A DNA stretch of 64,000 bases, taken from positions 826,374-890,373 of the forward strand of contig NMRA01000013.1 in NCBI GenBank assembly GCA_002633005.1, read 5' to 3'. How positions within the stretch are numbered: position 1 is the stretch's first letter; every line of letters starts with the position of its first letter. The translations under genes were made by a program, and so were the position numbers. Shown one piece after another: positions 1-13,538 of the stretch. The notes under the pieces are model-generated. The model searched no databases. It had not been told where the DNA came from and was given only the letters and a program-made list of their open reading frames with translations. The stretch is from Phoronis australis (lineage: Eukaryota; Animalia; Phoronida).

Positions 1-79
1 TCTGAAAGAAGTCGTGGTCATTCACCAGGACCAAGACTGTCTAGAAGATGTGAAGACACTGGAAAAGTATATCTTGGAG
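1..79 (+). CDS. IARS1: Isoleucyl-tRNA synthetase (cytosolic), internal exon (5'-truncated by window)
   Basis: Frame 2 reads LKEVVVIHQDQDCLEDVKTLEKYILE, resembling human IARS1 LKEIVVIHQD..LEKYIIE; donor GAG|gtgagt at 80. Confidence 0.9.
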
Positions 80-1022
80 GTGAGTTGCAATACTGTTTTG
101 TACTGTCATCTATAGATCAGTCTTGTGATTGGCTCTTGGTGTTTAAATTATGCACAGTGGACCAGGTACAATTCAGGAGAAATTTGTGGCAGCGAGGTAG
201 TGGCTGGAAGTTTGAAGGATGACTAGGGCCAACCAGTCGCCATGGGAGACAGGTCATAGATACATCAGCCATCCAGAGCAGTCCTCCCGATGTCTTGCAT
301 CTAGACCTGTCATTCAGCTAGTGTCCTATCGATGTCCGACGTCCCGACTTGTCAGCCAAGTTTACTCTCAATGTATAAACCCGTCCCCCAGTTGTCCTCT
401 CCTCTCCATGTCCAAGCCCCTTCCCCAGCCATCCTCTCGAAGTTCACAGTCATCTCTCAGACATTTGTCATCCAGACCCATCCTGCAGCCCCATTTCACC
501 GTCTGGTGTCCAGTGCCGTCCCCTAGCCGTACTCCCAACATCCGTCCACAAAAATTTCATGAACTCCACTGCTGTCGAAAATATGAGTGGACCAAGCTTT
601 TATCACTGTTTCATTCATGATGATTATGTACAGAAATGACCTCTGAAACAAGGTGTAAAAGACTGGTCGTCTGATTGGTCAAGTGTGAAAGAGATTTTTT
701 TCATTAGAAATGCACACAGTTTGCATGATGCAGTTATATAATGCCAATTGTAGATAATGACATAAAACAGAAGGCTGAGTTGTAAGTAAATATTGCTTGA
801 TCTTTGCACCATTGACGGAGGATTCTGCTCATTTAAAAATTGTAGAAAATGTACAATTATTATATTTTTCTGACTTTGTTGTAGAGGTTATTTCCGCAAA
901 ATAGAGTAGATCCTGTGTTCTGATTGGTCTAAGTGTATGCTCGGACTCTGTCAACAAACATACTTCAGCGTTCTCTCTTTCAATATTTTGTGCCTCATTT
1001 CTCTCCTGTTCCTTTCACTTAG

Positions 1023-1313
1023 GAACTAAATGTGCGTAAGCTGACGACTACCTCTAACAAAGAAAAATACAATGTTCGTCTTCGCGCCGAGCCTGATCAC
1101 AGCACTCTTGGCGCTCGCCTCAAGGGGGAGTTCAAGAAGGTTACAGCCGCCATCAGGGACCTAACGAATGACCAACTCAAAGAATTCGTAGACAGCGGAG
1201 AGATAATGGTGGAAGGGTACAAGCTGGGATCTAAAGATCTTCGATTGATGTACACGTACGATAACACTAATGAAGAGTCTCCTAGTCATTACGAGGCTCA
1301 CTCAGATAATGAG
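1023..1313 (+). CDS. IARS1: IARS1 exon
   Basis: ttag|GAACTAAATGTG: ELNVRKLTTTSNKEKYNVRLRAEPDHSTLGARLKGEFKKV...HYEAHSDNE; donor gtcagc. Confidence 0.92.
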
Positions 1314-2433
1314 GTCAGCATTTACTTCTTAAGCACGTTATCATACTCGGATCTTTTCAGATTATCGCCTCACATAACCACATGTGGTACGTTCAGACGA
1401 AAAAAACATCGCATTGTCTTGTAATAGCCAGACATCAAAAGCAACTGATCATTTTTGTTTTTGATAACTTCCTCTGTTTCCCTTTCTCGTAAGTTCCCCT
1501 TTTGCCGAACTAATTTTTGAGTGGTCTCACGAAATATCGATTTCCTCTGTATTGTTGTTCGGCAGTTCCAGGTGAGCCGACTCGTGGATTATATGGTCTC
1601 ACCACCTAGTGACTGATGACGTCAGCGTAAAAAAGGGTGAACTGTGCTTTGTTTTTTGTGTAACTAAAGATAATCATTAATGAAATGCTTGCCCATCAAT
1701 GATAATCCAAGCACTGTGTGTGATGTCTGGGATATTTGTGAAACTAGGATGTTTGTATTGGTAGTTAGCTAGTGCAAGTGGTGTGTCACCGAATCATTAA
1801 GTGTCTCAGGATTGTGATGGGGGTCAGTGGAGATGGGTTATGTTGGTGCGTGTTCCAATCTGAAAACACGCTTTTTGATAGAACTGTGGATCTTTTGAAT
1901 GTTTTCTGTGAATAGAAACTTCACTGGTCTCGTACTTGTGACTTACAATTGCTACACAGAATTGATATTTGCGTGTCTGAATTTAAAGGAAGACTGCATG
2001 CTTATGCATGCTGAAAAATCTACCATGTCAAAGAAACAAGCTTGTTTGCTGGTTACGCGCATAGTACAACACGGTAAAATTTGAGATAATTCGCTTTATT
2101 TCAAAACTTTAGTTATTCCTTATGGCAAACTCGAAATTAATTAAAATGCGACCTCCCCAGCATAATTTATAGACACAAGTTGTAAGCCTGGGATTGATAG
2201 ATCAATCTCACTCTAAAGAAGCTTTTTCTGCTTCATTTTATATTTCAAGACTTCGTAAAGCGCATTTTTCAGCTGAAAAGTATATCCATAAGCATTTATT
2301 CTCAAATTATACTCTGTCGACATGCCATCAAATTTTCTCAAAATGCTGTCTTTTGATTACTGAGACTTAAGCAAGAAAAGAGACAGAAGTAGTAAGACTA
2401 AGATCTTTGACAAAGTTGTTTCATTTTATGCAG

Positions 2434-2529
2434 GTGTTGATCCTACTAGACGTCACCCCTGACCAGAGTATGTTGGACGAGGGCGTGGCCCGTGAGGTCA
2501 TAAACAGAGTGCAGAAGTTGCGTAAGAAG
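2434..2529 (+). CDS. IARS1: IARS1 exon
   Basis: cag|VLILLDVTPDQSMLDEGVAREVINRVQKLRKK|gtaggg, the EGxAREvinRiQkLRK motif of eukaryote-type IleRS. Confidence 0.95.
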
Positions 2530-2797
2530 GTAGGGTGACTTGCTTCTAATAGGGGGCGTGCAGTGCTGACAACCACCGTGAACCATGAATGGTCTTTGGC
2601 TAAAGCGGGCAATGCCCATAATTCAATTGTAATTTGTCAATCAAAAATATCGTATGAATTGCCCTTAGGAGAGTGAATACTAATATCTTAAGAAGGATTT
2701 GATGGGAGAAAATATCCTGTTGAAAATTTTGTTATTTATGCCAGTGTAATACTGGAATGAGATAAACATTTCAGTTTCATTTTTGTTTTCATTCCAG

Positions 2798-2962
2798 GCT
2801 CATCTTCAGCCAAAGGATGACATCACTATTTTCTACCAAGCCTCGGAAGACCTCGCGCGCATCATTGAGACCTTTTATCAGTTCATCTATTCAACCATCA
2901 AGCAGCCAATGAAGAGTTTCCCTGTGGCGCATGGCGAGGTTGTCATTGCCGAGAAAGCGAAG
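2798..2962 (+). CDS. IARS1: IARS1 exon
   Basis: cag|AHLQPKDDITIFYQ...IYSTIKQPMKSFPV...EKAK|gttagt. Confidence 0.9.
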
Positions 2963-3944
2963 GTTAGTGTACCAGTCCAACACTGAAATGCTTGGCTTTG
3001 TAGAGATGTGAAGATGGCCTGTTTTATACTTGCACTTAAGTTATACTCTCTTGACTTTTTTCTACCCGATTTGCCTCCACAGAACACACATCGCAAAAGT
3101 CGAGAAAGTCTCTTCCTGTCGAAAAAAAGACATTTTGGGGCAGGCAGTTTCAATTAATTTTCAAATGATTGCCAAACCAATGCTATTTTTGTTGTGGTTT
3201 TCTTCGAAACCGTTTTTTGCCCATGACCTTGACTTGGTCAGAGCAAATTCAAATTTTGTTATCTTTGTGAAAACTCTTGTAGGATCTTGATACTAGAATA
3301 GGGTCAAAGAGCATTCCTTCACATGGCGATGTCGTGACCCCGTTAAGCTAGGGGTCCTGTCGCTGACATCATTCCATGATAATGGATCTGCACAATCCCC
3401 GAATTTGCTGGATGATGAAAATAATATGCCTGGTCTGCATTTCGTATACTTGAGCATTTTGTGAGTAATGCACAGATGGCGTGAGAAGTCATGAGAAATC
3501 TTGCATGTGTGTGAGTTTCTTGGGTCTGTTGAGTGCAGATGACGGTGTCTTCCTAGGCTGGGCTCAAAGTCGATGGGTGTTAGTCAAGGACGTTATGTTT
3601 TTGTAATGCATAGTTTATACATACCTGTCATGTTAGTCCATGGAGGTTTGACTTTGAAGTCATTTTGAAGTCATTTTGAGCTTGAGACGTGTATACTTTA
3701 AGAAGAATAACTCAAACAAATAGTTATGTGCTCTGTGTATTTATCGCTAGAATGGTATGTCAAAGATGTTGCAAAGCCATTGTTAGTGTTTACTTACTGA
3801 ACATTTTTTATTTTATCGTCAATTTTCAAAGCCGGAATTTATTATACCCCTGCCTCCAGACTAGTGAATTACTCCCAGTTATTGATGAATCATACTTTAT
3901 TTTTCAAAACCCTCAAAATAGAGTTCATTATCCACAACTTGTAG

Positions 3945-4184
3945 GTGAAGGAACATACTCTGGAAATGGTCGTCATCTATGGTCACGTCGCTGACGTACC
4001 CACGCATGCCAAGATCTCGGCCAGCCCCTCAACCAGCAACAATGTGGGGCCCATCTGTCGTTTCATCAACGTGGAGTTGTGCGGCGTCAACCCAGGAAGT
4101 GGCGTTCACGGCAAACAAGGAACAGTTCTGCTAGAGAATCCTAAGGGTGACTTCCCATTGTCGTTCACCCAGTTGTCCAATCAA
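3945..4184 (+). CDS. IARS1: IARS1 exon (C-terminal UNE-I appendage)
   Basis: tag|VKEHTLEM...GPICRFINVELC...GTVLLENPKGDFPLSFTQLSNQ|gtgagt; LLENPKGD motif of UNE-I. Confidence 0.92.
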
Positions 4185-4724
4185 GTGAGTTGTTCACCTT
4201 TTGACCCGAGAGTTTGACCTCTGAACCTTATCAACAGTCATAATGCTGGAGATGAATCAGAAACTACTGCATTCAGTAGTTCTGATGATGGTTGCAATAT
4301 TCAGTTGTAAAACTTGAGTAACGCATATAAAACTGAACTGTGCTATTTTGTCCAAGTTTACGGGAATCTGACGTGTCTGAAAGGCAGAATGCACAAACTA
4401 GGATAATTGTACTGCAGGAGTTTATCGGAGTTGAGGGCATTTAACTTGGGTACATTGTTTTTGTGTTTGCTGCGCTATTGCAAACGATTAAAATTTTCAA
4501 GGGTTGTTGAGATCATGATGGAGGAGCATTTGTTAACGTACCCATCGTCAGAAACACAAGTTTTCCATGCAGTTGCATCGCTTGAAGGTTTAATGCATTT
4601 TAATTTCTTATTTGAATTCTCAACTTTAATGAGTGTATTTCTGTAAGTGGCTGATACTGGCATTGGTGTCTTGTCATAAATTGTGTTCATGCACAGTACT
4701 TTAATTTTGTCTACCTCGTTTCAG

Positions 4725-4859
4725 GTTGACGGGATATTTGGACTGCATGGGAAAAAGTTTCATTACTACTTATCAAAAGATAAGAAAGGTGAGGTTACAG
4801 AAAGTACATGTAACCTCTTTGATCTCCATGGAAAGACGTTGTACGTGCACGCAAAGTAA
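4725..4859 (+). CDS. IARS1: IARS1 last coding exon
   Basis: cag|VDGIFGLHGKKFHYYLSKDKKGEVTESTCNLFDLHGKTLYVHAK*; resembles human VFGLRSRKL..KTVYV. Confidence 0.88.
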   Translation, partial: VDGIFGLHGKKFHYYLSKDKKGEVTESTCNLFDLHGKTLYVHAK

Positions 4860-5262
4860 TCTGATGCAACCTAGTGTGGTGACATGCCAAAATTTAAGCC
4901 CAGGTGAAGTTGTTCAGGCAGGTGAAGTTGTTCAGGCAGGTGTTTATTATGTGGAGAAGTGACGCGATGTGGATGCTGAAAGCTGAATTCAGAAAATAGC
5001 ATGTCAGAAGTGAAAATGACCTGTCGTTCACGATTGTGACATTGTCGAAATCCATGAAAAGATTTTGTCAGAATAGCAATCTGTTTGTGCTCATGACACG
5101 ACTCCATTAATAAGTTAGAAAGCGAGGCTGTCATTTGATGACGATTGAGAGCTCACTTGCATCTTCTTAATTCCTAGTTTATTAATCCAAATGTATGTTA
5201 CAAAATTGTATATTGTAAAATAACAGGCCTTGGATGGAATAATTATCAAGACCTATTATCAA

Positions 5263-5268
5263 AATAAA
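5263..5268 (+). promoter_or_regulatory. Candidate IARS1 polyadenylation signal
   Basis: AATAAA about 400 nt after the stop codon in AT-rich UTR-like sequence. Confidence 0.45.
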
Positions 5269-6408
5269 TAAGCTATTGGTGATCATCACTCCGTAAAAAT
5301 GCAGTTATCGTTTAAGTATAGACTTACCTGGTAATTCAATTTGTGTAAAATTGTTCAATTCCATGCACAATATGGTGGAATTTTACTGCATTTAGGAGCA
5401 GAAGTAATATGTTGATGTTTACTTCAATCCTAACATGGATTGTTAGTGTGGCAAGTTTTTAAAAAAAGTTTCAGTTTTGGCCAACTCTTAAAAATTGGAC
5501 ACCGTTGGTGATTTAACCTGGATGGAGTATAGTGTTTAGTGTTATTTAATTTGAATTTCACTCATTATTGTTATTTATCATAACCTTGGGTGCTCAGTAA
5601 GCAAGAATCATTAAAAAAAATCTCAAAAACAAATCTGTGTTGTTCGAACCTCCAATCAAGAGTGGAACTGGCGATTCATGGCCAATCAGAAAGAATTTAG
5701 ACTATACTCGTCCAATCAGCGTGTGGCTTGCAAAATATAGGACCAGTTGGCGAAAGAAGTAACTAGTGGTATTCACTAATCAACCAATCCTATCCACTTT
5801 GCTGCTTTGAAACAATTTTTCCTTGCGTTTAACGAGCAACAGACTGTGTGGGCCAGAAATAAACAATCCCCCCAGAATGGGGAAACTCATCTAGGATTTG
5901 AAGAGTGGGGGATCCAAATTAGCAAGACTGACACTTGGGTGTGCTGGGACTCTGTACCATTCACCTTGACAAAGAAATCCTCCCAATAATAGTTGGCAGT
6001 AGTTGTCGATCTTCTGTAAAAAATAGACTGTGATAGTCTGTGGTCTTGACTTAGGTCTGAATATTTATTGAACTAAAACAATGAATCAGAAGATTTCAAT
6101 AAAATTTCTTAATAATCAGAAATGTTAAAATTCTTTGTTTTTACGCCCTTTTTGCCAAGGTCGTCTCGAAGCCGTCTCTTTTCTTTTGGTCCTGCTGTCC
6201 AAGCCGTCATTCTTTTTAAAACTGTCCCTGTCAGTGAAGGAGTGTCTGTCCCATTGAAGGCCACCGGAGGCTTCTCCATGTGGAATTACCAGATGTTCAA
6301 CTGCAGCCAGAGTTCACCATCTGACCCGGAAAACAAGAATTTTATCCAATTTCGTTTACCCTATACTGTCCTCAATTTGAATTCTGACTTAGAAACATTA
6401 TGTACGTG

Positions 6409-6680
6409 NNNNNNNNNNNNNNNNNNNNNNNNNNNNNNNNNNNNNNNNNNNNNNNNNNNNNNNNNNNNNNNNNNNNNNNNNNNNNNNNNNNNNNNNNNNN
6501 NNNNNNNNNNNNNNNNNNNNNNNNNNNNNNNNNNNNNNNNNNNNNNNNNNNNNNNNNNNNNNNNNNNNNNNNNNNNNNNNNNNNNNNNNNNNNNNNNNNN
6601 NNNNNNNNNNNNNNNNNNNNNNNNNNNNNNNNNNNNNNNNNNNNNNNNNNNNNNNNNNNNNNNNNNNNNNNNNNNNNNNN
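6409..6680. other. Assembly gap
   Basis: Run of N. Confidence 1.
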
Positions 6681-9106
6681 AGGGGAGGGGGGCTTCGGGG
6701 AAAGGGTCCAGTTCCAACATATCCGTTTAAGATACTTTTATATAAGGATATTGGTGGACATGAATAAAAAAATATTGCATCTACTGGCACTACTTACTAC
6801 AGTGATAACAGAGTTTTATTAGTAATTATTTTGAAATTGCTTCCGATTCAAAGCGCTTCACATGGCATCCGGCTGCACCCGGCCAACTTCGCCCGAGTGG
6901 TGTCCCAGAGATCGTGCAGACGATAAAAGGAGGCTTTGTCAGCATTGAACGCGCATGGTGGCAACAGCAAAGGGTAATGGGAATCCAAAAGTGAATGTCT
7001 ATACCTAGGCCTACCTTAGACATAGATATCTAACCTAAGTAAGCTAAATAGCAAGGAGAGAGCTCCCAAAAAGTAGTGCGATGTGAATGCTTTAAAATCG
7101 GCCAAGAAACAAAACGGACGTAATTTGTTATTCTGCTATTTTGGTTTAGTTTCTAGCTTAGTACTGAAAAGTGCAGGCATTTTCAAATTTTGAATTGAAA
7201 GTGATCGTCAAATATGCAAATATGTTTTTTCATCCAGTGTCCACTCTGATTGTGGATTGGTGGATTGTTGTGCATGCGTGTACACGTGTGTGCGTTTCCG
7301 TTCTTTAAAATTCAGTACACGCCCACTGTAAGTTCACTAAAAGCAGTTCTCCGCCGTGCTAAAAAATCAGACATTCAACTACGGTGTTTTCTTGCACTGG
7401 GAAAACACCGTCAAGCATTTTCACTTCTTTAGGGAAAAGAAGGCCACGACCTCAACTTTGGTCAATAAAGAAAGTCTTCTCTTGTCAATCAGTGTCCATG
7501 GTGTACAGTCCCGCAGAATTCATACAAGTAACAAACTTGATGGAAAAGATTTCCAAGGTTACATGTCACTACATGTATGCCATGTAGGTTCACTACTCCG
7601 AAGGTGCGCTACCACCGAAAATTCACTAGGCCTACTTCGAATTTCCCCAATTACAAAATCTGAACTCCAACAATTCACTGCTATGATTGTCTGCTCACGA
7701 CTCATTCTAAAGCATGCAGGGACAACATCTGGGGCCTGGGCACGTCCATGGGCGACGCACCATAGGGGGCTGGAGGGCTTTAGCCTCCACTTATTTCAGT
7801 GCTGCACTTCCCATGGGCATGGATGACGCGCACCCGGCCACTTATTTAATTGCTGCACCGTCCCTAGGGTCAGGCTGCGGCGACCAACGACGGTTTTAAA
7901 TTTAAGAAGGCTGGCAGGGACAGGTTGCCCTACCAATTTGTTTCAACTCGGTCGTGCGTGAGATTACTGGGCTGAGGCTGAGGCGCAACGGCCCTAAACT
8001 TTTCAGTCATGCTGCCATCCGATCTTGACATGGATTTGATGAATGTATCGTGGTTGATAATTCATCAATATACCTACTTTATAATGTTTTAAAAATGCAA
8101 ATACCGATTCGTTTTTCCGTGTTAAGACATGCCGGCAATTTCGCTTGCACGTTGAAAATGAATCTAGACAGTGGCCACCATCTCTAGTTGTACTGGCCAG
8201 CTAGATGGTGGTCACTGTCAGCATGAAATCCAAACAAAGTGGTTTAGTATTCGGGCGTTGTTTTCGGTATAGGTGTATCTAATAAGCAAAAAATCGTTTA
8301 TTTTTGCACCCGAGTCTGAAAGTTCAGACATTTTCGGAGCAGTGAACCTTCGGAGTAAAGAATCTTCGAAGTAGTAAACCTTCCAAATAGTGGGCTGTTC
8401 CCATTTCCAGCGATGTAAGAAACTCCAGTAACGCGCAAAAATACAAGATAGAGTATCGTCAAAACACTCTCCGACTACGGTACGAGCATGTAATAAGGTG
8501 AAATAACTCATTTCAGCATTACTGATTTCAAATTTTGGCAGGAGGTAACGAGAATACGTTCTCTTGCTGGACCACATAACATCCGAATTTGTGTTCCGTT
8601 CTTTGCAAGCAACCGCCATAGACATCCTCATTGGCTGGTATTACATCGACCAGTTCCGTCTCGTCTCAGAAACAGAGCCGAGAGTCATCGTCGTCTATAC
8701 AGATTTCCCTTACCCCCCAAGTTAAGTTGCTACAAGGGCCTTACTGAAAGCTCTGCAGTGTCGACGTTTGAAAAATACCAAAGGTCCAACGGTCTAGAAA
8801 TTCGAACCACACCGCCGCTCATGTTGGCTGCGGGCCTTCGAGGTACGTTCAGAGCTGTGAATTGTGCGTTCGCCGAATTTCGGTAGTTCCTGCCTTTTCA
8901 GAGGACTTTTTTGTCTCGTTTTCGCGGACTTTTCGTTTCTCGTTGCCCACTTTGCCAAATGGGGTGCGCGCATGATATGTAGATCAGTTGTTTAGACTGG
9001 CTGCCATTACTGAGTATTGGGAACATTTTACAGCACAAGTCCATGTTTGGTTTATGTTTGTAGGCTGAAAATGATCAAAAGCGGATTTACTAGAAAATGA
9101 TGCGTT

Positions 9107-9112
9107 TTTATT
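9107..9112 (-). promoter_or_regulatory. Candidate distal SLMAP polyadenylation signal (implies about 4.4 kb 3'UTR)
   Basis: TTTATT on plus (AATAAA on minus) at the end of a long U-rich minus-strand stretch. Confidence 0.4.
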
Positions 9113-12089
9113 GAGTGTATAATACAAAGCTAATATGGTAATAATAACAATACGCAGTAACAAAATATTAATTAAATTAACAAACAAGTAACAAAATAGT
9201 TGTCTAAAATTGAATTTGGATAGTTTCCTTGGTGTCCAACAGGGTGCTCTGTGAAATGTTATCTGACAACAAATGTTCGGCAACACAAGGTCCTTTTGAA
9301 ACCACACAGACATCTGCCAGCATCATGTTCCAGACGCGAAGCACATGATCTCATTGGCTTTCCCCTGTGAGTACCCAGCACTGGTAACATAGTAAATTAA
9401 ATGTTTCAAAGGACTTGGTAGTTGCGCCACCAAGTGGAATTCAAGAAAACTACTTATACCAAGGTCAAAATGTACTGACACAATACACGCACAGCATGAT
9501 GCAATACTTTGAGGTAATAGTCTCACACTTGGTCACCCTCAAAACAAAATGACTGCTGCTTCAACAGCGCAATAACCGAGAAAAACCAAAAACTTAAGAA
9601 AAGAAAATATTTGAAACGCTGACACAAGATACCATGGTATACTAATTAGGACTCTCCCTCATGAAAGATGAAGTTGAGAAAACCAGTTATGTGAAAATTC
9701 TATGTGGTGCTGTGCCAAATCTAAACATCCGAAATATGGTACAGTAATTCAAACAAGGAATGTAGCTTTTAGATAACAGATACTGGCAATGAACAGCTAT
9801 CTTCTATAAGCCAATCGCAGGAAATATACTCAAGAAAGGTACGTTCTTTTTCGAAATAGGTTTCTCACAAACGTGCTGTGTTAAAAATATGAGGCTTCAC
9901 TGCCAAGTTGCCTTCTTCCACAAGAACATATTTGATATCTATTAAAAGAAACACCAATCACACAAAATTCTGCTGCTACAGCTCATACAATGCACTGTGC
10001 TAGCAAAAACGCCAGTAATGAGAACAACTGCAAGGCCCCCTTTTCAAGCGCTTTGCTGGAGGTTAGAGATACCTCAACTCCTGGAGTTTCGCCACTTTTA
10101 TAGCCAGACCATTTACTTCGAAGGACACCCATATGCAGTAGGAAGCAGACTTTGTTTATTGCCACCATGGCAGAGAGGGAGAGTGTTTAGAATCAATTTT
10201 AACTTAAGTGATTCGGGAGGTGAGGAAACACTAACTACTGTCGAAAATCATCCCTTCGCAGACAGCTTGTCTGTCGGGCTAAAATTGCCGTTCTTCGCTA
10301 CCGCCTTAGCCACTCATGTGAACCCAGTATAAATCACTCCAAGAATGACTCGTGCATAATTAATTACGACCAGGGGACAGCAATCAAATCTAGAATGCCA
10401 GAATGCCAATGTATTTTAGTAAAACTAATGGCAAAAATGTGGGATCACTCTCTCATCGAGCGGCACACATAAACATCCTCAGCGACCATCGTTTTGGTTC
10501 ATATTTTTGGTTGGAACAGTTAGCTTCATTTTTCTATTACCGTGAGTTAGCATTCCTAATTACAAAACAGCCACAGTTGAGCTCATTATACTTAAACAGG
10601 AGGATACATCACCACCAACTTCGACTTATTTGCATTTAAAGTATGTCACTTCAACTTGACCTTATTAGCATAGCACGGGGCTTCAGTCAACGGGTTGAAA
10701 TCTTTTAAAGCCTTCCTTAAATGGATTTTATTGTTATTCTAGATATTTTAGACTAACCACTAGTCCTGGCTATGCTTTAGCAACACAAGAAAACACAATT
10801 TTAACACTCAAATGCAGTTAACCTTTTCGCGCCACATTGTGTTACAATTAGAAAACTGTTGATAGCAGAAATTTTGAAGATTCGCCAGTAACTTGCAGCA
10901 GAAGATCTACTTAAAGCGGATACCAGAGTATACTGAATAAAACACCATTATCTCCTGGTTTTACTTGGACCTGTTTGTATTAATTGTGGATTCTGTTGGT
11001 CATGGTAGACTAAAGTCAGGCAATGAGTCTAACTGTTACTCACATTTGGTAAGTTATGCCTTTAAAACAGTGAAGGAAGTAAATATACATGTGTTGCTAA
11101 TTTTAGTGTTTCTTCAACAATGAAATGCATGTCAAGCAATGTCCAACAGATTAAATTCCAACTGAACGATCAAATTCCAATGCCTGACACAAATGAACAC
11201 TAATCTTAAGTACTTAGAAATGATAACACCAATTTGTCCTGCCTCATCAGCTACACTTAACAAAATACAGACAGGAACTTGCAATGTGAACTCCAACTTA
11301 CATCATAATAACAAAATGCTTAATGTTAGAAAACAATTATTTTTTCCATACAAATACACCTTAATTTACACAAGAAACACTTAATATAAACATCCTTTCA
11401 CTTCAATTTACAAAACTACTATTTACAGTTTTATGGTACAAGACATCTGATTAAATCTGTTGGACTTATCAAACGCATTTGACAACATTCACCGAATTTT
11501 CCCTTTCTCGTTCTCTGGCAGGCTTCTATTTCTTAGCAATACAACATGCCGACAACACTGATTAAATTGGAAAATAAAATCATAGCGAACAGACGACAAA
11601 CTGCCATGCAGATTTCCTGAGAATAATACTGCCCGTTTCTTATTACTATCAAATACCAGCTAAATTTTCTGGCACAACGAAAAGGAAACCAACCAGAGCT
11701 GAGTTCCGTAGACGCAAGACACTGGCGCTGTACTTGTGACAATAAATCTCCAGTTACAGAATGAAAACGAAATTCTGACCATAATTCATCATTCCTATCT
11801 CACCGAGCAATCAATTCAGTGGCTGTCATGTTTTGTAAGGGTACAATAGTAAGCCCTCGAGACTACTTGTGAAACACTCACCTTCCACTTGCATGATTTT
11901 GCGTGGTCTTGGGAGATTTTGCCTTTTTTGCAAAATCCTTACATCTACAGAACACAACCCAGACTTGCTTCATCTTAGGAATAAAGTCTTAAGTAACAGT
12001 AAAAATCCTCAGTTTAGGGCATGCTACGAATTTCCCTTTTCAACAAAAATTCTCAAGAAGAATATTTGACTTCCTTGTTCGCATGGTTT

Positions 12090-12170
12090 GTACAGTACAG
12101 CAGAGCACAGCACAGCACGGTATAGTACGGCGATGCAGTACAGTGCAGCGGTACTCTACAGTACAGCGAT
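12090..12170. repeat. Degenerate pentanucleotide microsatellite (CAGTA/CAGCA)n
   Basis: tacagtacagcagagcacagcacagcacggtatagtacgg... Confidence 0.7.
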
Positions 12171-13538
12171 CACTTAAACTAGATTTGATACAAATCCGAC
12201 TTCTCCAATCAATGTTGTAAACCACTGGAAACTTGAGAAATGGAAATTCTTTATTATATAAAGTTTAAGAATTCTTACTGTACTTCAAACGGACAACATC
12301 AACTTAATTCACAGCTGGACAAACACTAACAATTTAACTAACTCCAAGAGGAGCTACCAATACCATGCCGTAACGCTGACAGACTGAACTTCCTGACATG
12401 TTTATTCAAACGGACATCCCCGAGGGTTTGTTTCATGAAATTTTTTTCTGAAGTTACAAAACTGAAAATTTGTTAAGAATCAACAAAGTTATGGCCTATT
12501 TAAGATCAAATTCAGACAAAGTTTCCATTTTACAACTTTGATGAAACAATTTCGAATAAAGACCATCAAATTCCATGAAACAGGCCATTATTTAAAGATA
12601 TGTAGGACCTTATCCACAGTTAACCAAATGTTTACAAAAATATTGATTTTAACTCGGTAAAAGACTTAGAGTACACAATTTGTTGAAGTAAAAATAAAAT
12701 TCTACAAGCTTTCTTTCTACTTAAAGAAATTGTATACCGAGTTAAAATCAATTTTTTGTAATTAATTGGGTCACATGACCACATCTTTTTAGTACAATTT
12801 AGCAAAACAGAAAGTGACATCTATTGGCAAAACAACGGCATCAGCAACATGATCAAATTTCATTTCATTTCATAAAAATATTTAAGGTGAAATCTAAAAA
12901 ATGCTATTACAGTTTTTTAAATAAATATCGTTTTGTTTTCGTTTTATGCAACATTAATTATTTTTGCATAAAAACCAAGAGTCTTGTATAAGAAAACCCC
13001 TCGTGCACAGGAGAAACATTTATAAACAATTCCAAACAGCAGTTGGAGAACAGTGCGTAAAGCATAGTACCTGAAAGTTTTACAAGAATCCAGTCTGCCA
13101 TTTCTGAGACACGTTGTTCTGAAGTTGGACATTATTGTCAACTTCTACATAACCATTAGTATCAATCACCAGAATGTCTTTTGAAAGTAACTTGAAGACA
13201 CAGATACATTGTGTGACTAGCCAAACTCACACGATGATTTGCTGAATAACTTCATGGTGTTACGCAATACGTTAAAATCTATACATCAGTAGAGACACGT
13301 GTACTCAATCTACAAGCTATTGACTTAGTGGTGACCACACAGGACTCAACAAAGCACCAGATATTCAGCAACCTTACACAAACGTCAGTAGACGGCGACA
13401 TAAGGCTATGTACCAAAGTTCAAAAAGAGGAATAAAAAATAACCCGACAAGTATTTCATTCATTTTGAAGGAATGGCGAATTTGTTGTCTTCAACGAAAA
13501 AGAGGACGTTCCCTCTTATTAATTGGGTTAATAACCTG

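Noticed and set aside
219-620. 133-aa Ser/Pro-rich ORF
   Set aside because: Lies in an IARS1 intron, low complexity, no recognisable domain or splice fit.
4901-4942. 18-bp duplication caggtgaagttgttcagg
   Set aside because: Simple slippage duplication in the IARS1 3'UTR, after the stop codon.
6122-6822. ORFs spanning the N run
   Set aside because: Artefacts of the assembly gap.
7356-7826. 156-aa ORF
   Set aside because: No recognisable motif, non-ATG start, repeat-like surroundings.
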